Below are positions 60,863 to 64,000 of a stretch of DNA of 64,000 nt, piece after piece (the first letter of the stretch is position 1; every line of letters starts with the position of its first letter). The DNA comes from Pseudomonadales bacterium (GTDB taxonomy: Bacteria > Patescibacteriota > Microgenomatia > UBA1400 > PJMF01), in assembly GCA_020632265.1 (NCBI GenBank), contig JACKFW010000001.1, positions 791,272-855,271 on the forward strand. The letters run 5' to 3'. The notes beneath the pieces were generated by a model. That model was not told the DNA's origin. It searched no databases and saw only the letters and a program-made list of their open reading frames with translations. Both the position numbers and the translations under genes were made by a program.

Positions 60863-61554
60863 TATTTGAACAAAATACTCCAGCTATGGAAAATGAGATA
60901 GATATCGAGCCAAAAACAATCGACGGTAAAATGCAAGCTGTTTTTACAGCGATGAGGAAAATGAAATATCTGGTACCTCTATCTGAAGCTCTCGCTATTA
61001 GGGATCCAAGTAAACATGATCAACTAGTAAGTGAAAGGTATATGCAACGAGACTGGAGGACTATCATTGCAGAGAGCAAAGAAAACTCTGATATGGGACC
61101 ATTAGCTTGCGCAGAAGTAGCCCTAATAGCAAAAAAATTAACAGAAGAAACTTATGGATTACAGGTAAGAATGGTTGATACTCTGAGTAAGCACTGGCTC
61201 CAAGACAAGGAGGGATCAGGGCAAGGTCATGTATTTATCGAAGTATTCGATCATGATACTGAGGATTGGCAAGTTTATAATCCAGTAACTGGAGAAAAAT
61301 GTCAGTGGGAAGAAGATGAGGATGGAAAATACATTCATTGGAAGGCGGGATATCAAATCTCCTTGGATAAAACGTTAACGATTGATGATAATTATTATCG
61401 TTGGTTGGAAGAGAATTCTGAGAATGTTCCAGAAGATGGTGTTGGATATGAGGGGTTGTATCAAATTAGTGATAGGGATAAAGACTATTTTGATTCTATG
61501 CAAAGAATGGCTTCTGAAGCAAATATAATATATCAAAATAAAGGCAAGATGTAA
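60859..61554 (+). CDS. Hypothetical protein (~232 aa), translationally coupled to the NUDIX gene (ATGA overlap).
   Basis: The ORF track start is at 60817. An ATG at 60859 overlapping the NUDIX stop codon is the more plausible start. Confidence 0.4.
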   Translation: MIFEQNTPAMENEIDIEPKTIDGKMQAVFTAMRKMKYLVPLSEALAIRDPSKHDQLVSERYMQRDWRTIIAESKENSDMGPLACAEVALIAKKLTEETYGLQVRMVDTLSKHWLQDKEGSGQGHVFIEVFDHDTEDWQVYNPVTGEKCQWEEDEDGKYIHWKAGYQISLDKTLTIDDNYYRWLEENSENVPEDGVGYEGLYQISDRDKDYFDSMQRMASEANIIYQNKGKM

Positions 61555-61685
61555 TCCTCTCAGTCTACGCAATAGCTCTTCTTTTTCAAAATATAAGATC
61601 AATGCCAAAATGGATTCTTAAAGGTGTCTAATGAACTAGATAACTTAAACTTATAATAACGCAAAATCGCCATCTCCCTCAATAA

Positions 61686-61719
61686 AATAGGTTAGAACAT
61701 CCTTAACTAGTCCCTGCAA
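61686..61719 (+). repeat. Short cassette-boundary motif, copy g. It is followed by TATAAC at 61725..61730.
   Basis: AATAGGTTAGAACATCCTTAACTAGTCCCTGCAATATCCTATAAC. Confidence 0.8.
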
Positions 61720-61740
61720 TATCCTATAACTATTGATTTT

Positions 61741-62235
61741 GTGCAATTTTTTGATAAAATCAATTTTATGTCGAAAGAAAATCTCATTATTATTGAACAA
61801 AATAATCTTCTACTTGATATTATAAAAGAAATTGAATCTGGTTTGTTAGAAAAATATGTTGGTCATGGTATCTCAAGGGGAACTCCACAAGAACAATATC
61901 TATCACTGATCAGTATATTACAAACTGGTAGAATAATTGGGAATTGGGCAACATTATTACCGGATTCATATGAAGGTGCATATTCTCATGGTAGTTTTCT
62001 TTTGCTTTCTTATTATGGAAAAAACTTAGTTGTTGCCGAAAAACTACATTTAAATGTAGTTATAGTCAATGGTTACTTTGAATCACAAATTTCTGAACTT
62101 GAAGGAATGTTTCCTGAAGTTACATTTATCCATGCAAAGGATTTTAATAATTGGATAATAAATGAATCAAAAATACTAAATAGATTCAAAAAATTAAAAA
62201 AATACTGGAGATTGCCAAGTCGAACTGTCAGATAG
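61741..62235 (+). CDS. Cassette: hypothetical protein (164 aa).
   Basis: It is preceded by boundary motif 61686..61719 plus a TATAAC element. It is followed by a degenerate motif copy at ~62249..62275. Confidence 0.45.
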   Translation: MQFFDKINFMSKENLIIIEQNNLLLDIIKEIESGLLEKYVGHGISRGTPQEQYLSLISILQTGRIIGNWATLLPDSYEGAYSHGSFLLLSYYGKNLVVAEKLHLNVVIVNGYFESQISELEGMFPEVTFIHAKDFNNWIINESKILNRFKKLKKYWRLPSRTVR

Positions 62236-62611
62236 ATGAGGTTAAAAATAGATTAGAACACCACCCACCAAACAATATCTATTTTGTTGAAAAAAATGGC
62301 AAATGGGTTGGGATAATTGTCTCATATGTAAGCGAAAAGGAAAAAATTGAATAATATTATGAATAAAGCTGGATTTTATGTTGTGCTCGAATAGCGTGAC
62401 AAAATGAAATGAAGTATCGCAATATAGTCCTAGAATATTTACTTATTATCCGAAAATTGATATAATTGTTTATTCTCTGATGCTTAAATATAACTATTAT
62501 AATGTTTTTTTGGCTTCTTCTAATTAACATATTTGGCTGGTTAAACTAGTCCATGATTATAAAAAAACTTGGTTTTTTGAATAAATAAACCTAATAAAAT
62601 ACATAAATAAA

Positions 62612-64000
62612 ATGAGAACCAGAATCGGTGATACTGAGGTAGTAAGAGCAAATGAGGCAGAGTATAGTCAAGCCTGGAATTTAATCTTGCTTGCCTATTA
62701 CTTTTTAGAATTGGCAAGTATTACAATGTCGAGTGGTGAAGAACAGAATCCTTCACTCGGTCTTCAAAGTTTATTTCTTGATGAAACGATCGTTGCCTGG
62801 TTTGCTTTATTTGATAAATTTGAAGCTTTGACTTCAGCAATACCCCACATAACTCATCAAAGAGTTTTTCCGGCCAAAGGTGATGTGAATGTGCATTCTA
62901 TTGATTATTTTTGCACTCCAAGAGTGGAGTTGATAACATCAGAGCAGAATAAAAATGGAACCGCATTTACTGATTTTACTCCAGGTAATAAATCTGGAGA
63001 TGCTATAGCTAGCTGGACAGGAAGATTGGCTAATGGAAAAGAAGTATTTGTTCAAGCTTCTTTCGATGGTGTAACTAGTCAGTTTAATCCTCAATCAGAT
63101 GTCGAGGTTGCAAAAATATTTAAAGAAGTATATAGAGGAGTTTTTAAAGATTTTTTCCAAGAACTATTACCAGATGAGATTAACAAGGCCAGTCTTAGCC
63201 AACTAGTTGATAAACTTAATTCAAAAATTATCCAAAGAAAGCTAGAAATTAATCTCGATGGGGGTTATGGATGTTTAATACTTGCTGTGACAGTAGGTGA
63301 TATAAATCATATTCTTCGTTTAGGAGATGGTGGTTGGTGTGTAGCTAGCTTTGACCAGGATGGGGATTTATTTGCAGTTGTACCTAAAAATAAGCCTGTT
63401 AATGATAGTTTTGATCGGGCACAGATTAGTGGTAGTAGGATTTTGAAGTCGCCTTTAGTTGATGAAGATACGAAATCAATAATGAGAGAAACTGCGAACA
63501 ATGCGATCTATCACTATGTCGAACAGGAAGAAAAATATAACAGAGTTTTCCCCCCTTTTGTACCGATTTTAGGCAAACCTGGAAGACTTAATGATGGTTT
63601 GGAGTACTGGAGAATTGAGTGTGAAGGCAGGCAATTCTACGAGCTAACTATTTATTCTGATGGTTTCTCTGATATGGCTGATTTACTTGGGATTCCAACA
63701 TGGATGTTTGCCAAAATTATTGGCTTTGGATCAACAATAGGAAATATTTTTTCCCAAAAAATGGTTGGAGGGGAAATTGTTTTAGAACGCAAGCTTTTAG
63801 GATTTGATAATGTCTCCAGTAATATGCCAGTATGGCTTATTGAACTGTTTTCAGCATGCACCAGTACAAGCTTCTTAGGATATATTATGGCATTAAATAA
63901 GATAATGATATCTGGATCACCAAATAATCATGAAGCAAGAGCAAAACTTGACGATTCTTCAGCAATTATTTTACGAGGAAATGCAAATTTTCAGTATTTA
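62612..64000 (+). CDS. Large hypothetical protein, 3'-partial (runs off the window).
   Basis: Open frame from ATG 62612 (MRTRIGDTEVV...) to the window end. It is not in the ORF track because it is incomplete. Confidence 0.5.
   Translation, partial: MRTRIGDTEVVRANEAEYSQAWNLILLAYYFLELASITMSSGEEQNPSLGLQSLFLDETIVAWFALFDKFEALTSAIPHITHQRVFPAKGDVNVHSIDYFCTPRVELITSEQNKNGTAFTDFTPGNKSGDAIASWTGRLANGKEVFVQASFDGVTSQFNPQSDVEVAKIFKEVYRGVFKDFFQELLPDEINKASLSQLVDKLNSKIIQRKLEINLDGGYGCLILAVTVGDINHILRLGDGGWCVASFDQDGDLFAVVPKNKPVNDSFDRAQISGSRILKSPLVDEDTKSIMRETANNAIYHYVEQEEKYNRVFPPFVPILGKPGRLNDGLEYWRIECEGRQFYELTIYSDGFSDMADLLGIPTWMFAKIIGFGSTIGNIFSQKMVGGEIVLERKLLGFDNVSSNMPVWLIELFSACTSTSFLGYIMALNKIMISGSPNNHEARAKLDDSSAIILRGNANFQYL

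Noticed and set aside
49967-62300. Possible CRISPR array (regularly recurring conserved repeats).
   Set aside because: The repeats are 34 or 217 bp, far from CRISPR repeat size. The 'spacers' are 0.4-1.5-kb protein-coding cassettes of varied length. The region lacks the short uniform repeat/spacer periodicity of a CRISPR array. The boundaries contain a tRNA 3'-end copy, which fits recombination sites instead.
1-64000. Searched for rRNA genes, transposases/IS elements, and tyrosine or serine recombinase catalytic domains near the cassette array.
   Set aside because: None was recognisable by eye. The only integrase-like sequence is the pair of N-terminal SAM-like domains at 1200-2574, which lacks a catalytic domain. 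A recombinase acting on the array would have to lie outside this window.

Overview
This is an AT-rich bacterial window of roughly one-third G+C, judged by eye. It has small genes, divergent aminoacyl-tRNA synthetases with insertions, and many predicted secreted or membrane proteins. By inference it is compatible with a Patescibacteria/CPR-like or other low-GC genome.

Most of the content is core housekeeping. It includes leuS, comEA, a split comEC, argS, an M16 peptidase, ndk, an MreB-like actin, a murD-like ligase, a tagA/wecG-like transferase, thrS, a P-type ATPase and a galU-like gene. It also holds the secE-nusG-rplK-rplA block and a separated rplJ-rplL pair. A tRNA cluster lies at 47.6-47.9 kb (Thr-GGU, Tyr-GUA, Thr-UGU), with a tRNA-Trp(CCA) at 49896..49966.

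The standout region is 49.9-62.3 kb, immediately downstream of tRNA-Trp. It is a unidirectional array of about 13 small gene cassettes. They encode an HD-domain protein, a frameshifted PlsC-like acyltransferase, a GNAT acetyltransferase, a P-loop kinase, a NUDIX hydrolase, a Cys-motif membrane protein and several unknowns. Each cassette is closed by a conserved boundary repeat of about 34 bp. Five boundaries carry a ~217-bp composite form: an intrinsic terminator hairpin, a ~150-nt GC-rich module, and an exact 19-nt copy of the tRNA-Trp 3' end. An 8-bp direct repeat, CCCTGCAA, brackets the extra segment. The array also contains a perfect 1,732-bp tandem duplication.

The architecture resembles integron or VCR-like cassette arrays, or serial tRNA-targeted integration. 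No recombinase gene is visible inside the array.

Other items flagged:
- Tandem integrase-N-terminal (SAM-like) domains fused to a giant surface repeat protein at the window start.
- In-frame VNTR insertions in the murD-like gene and its neighbour.
- Attenuator-like leaders upstream of thrS.
- A ~140-nt element closed by a 15-bp stem upstream of the tRNA cluster.
- A non-canonical tRNA-like element after ndk.
- Repeat-rich intergenic regions upstream of argS and in a 2-kb AT-rich island.
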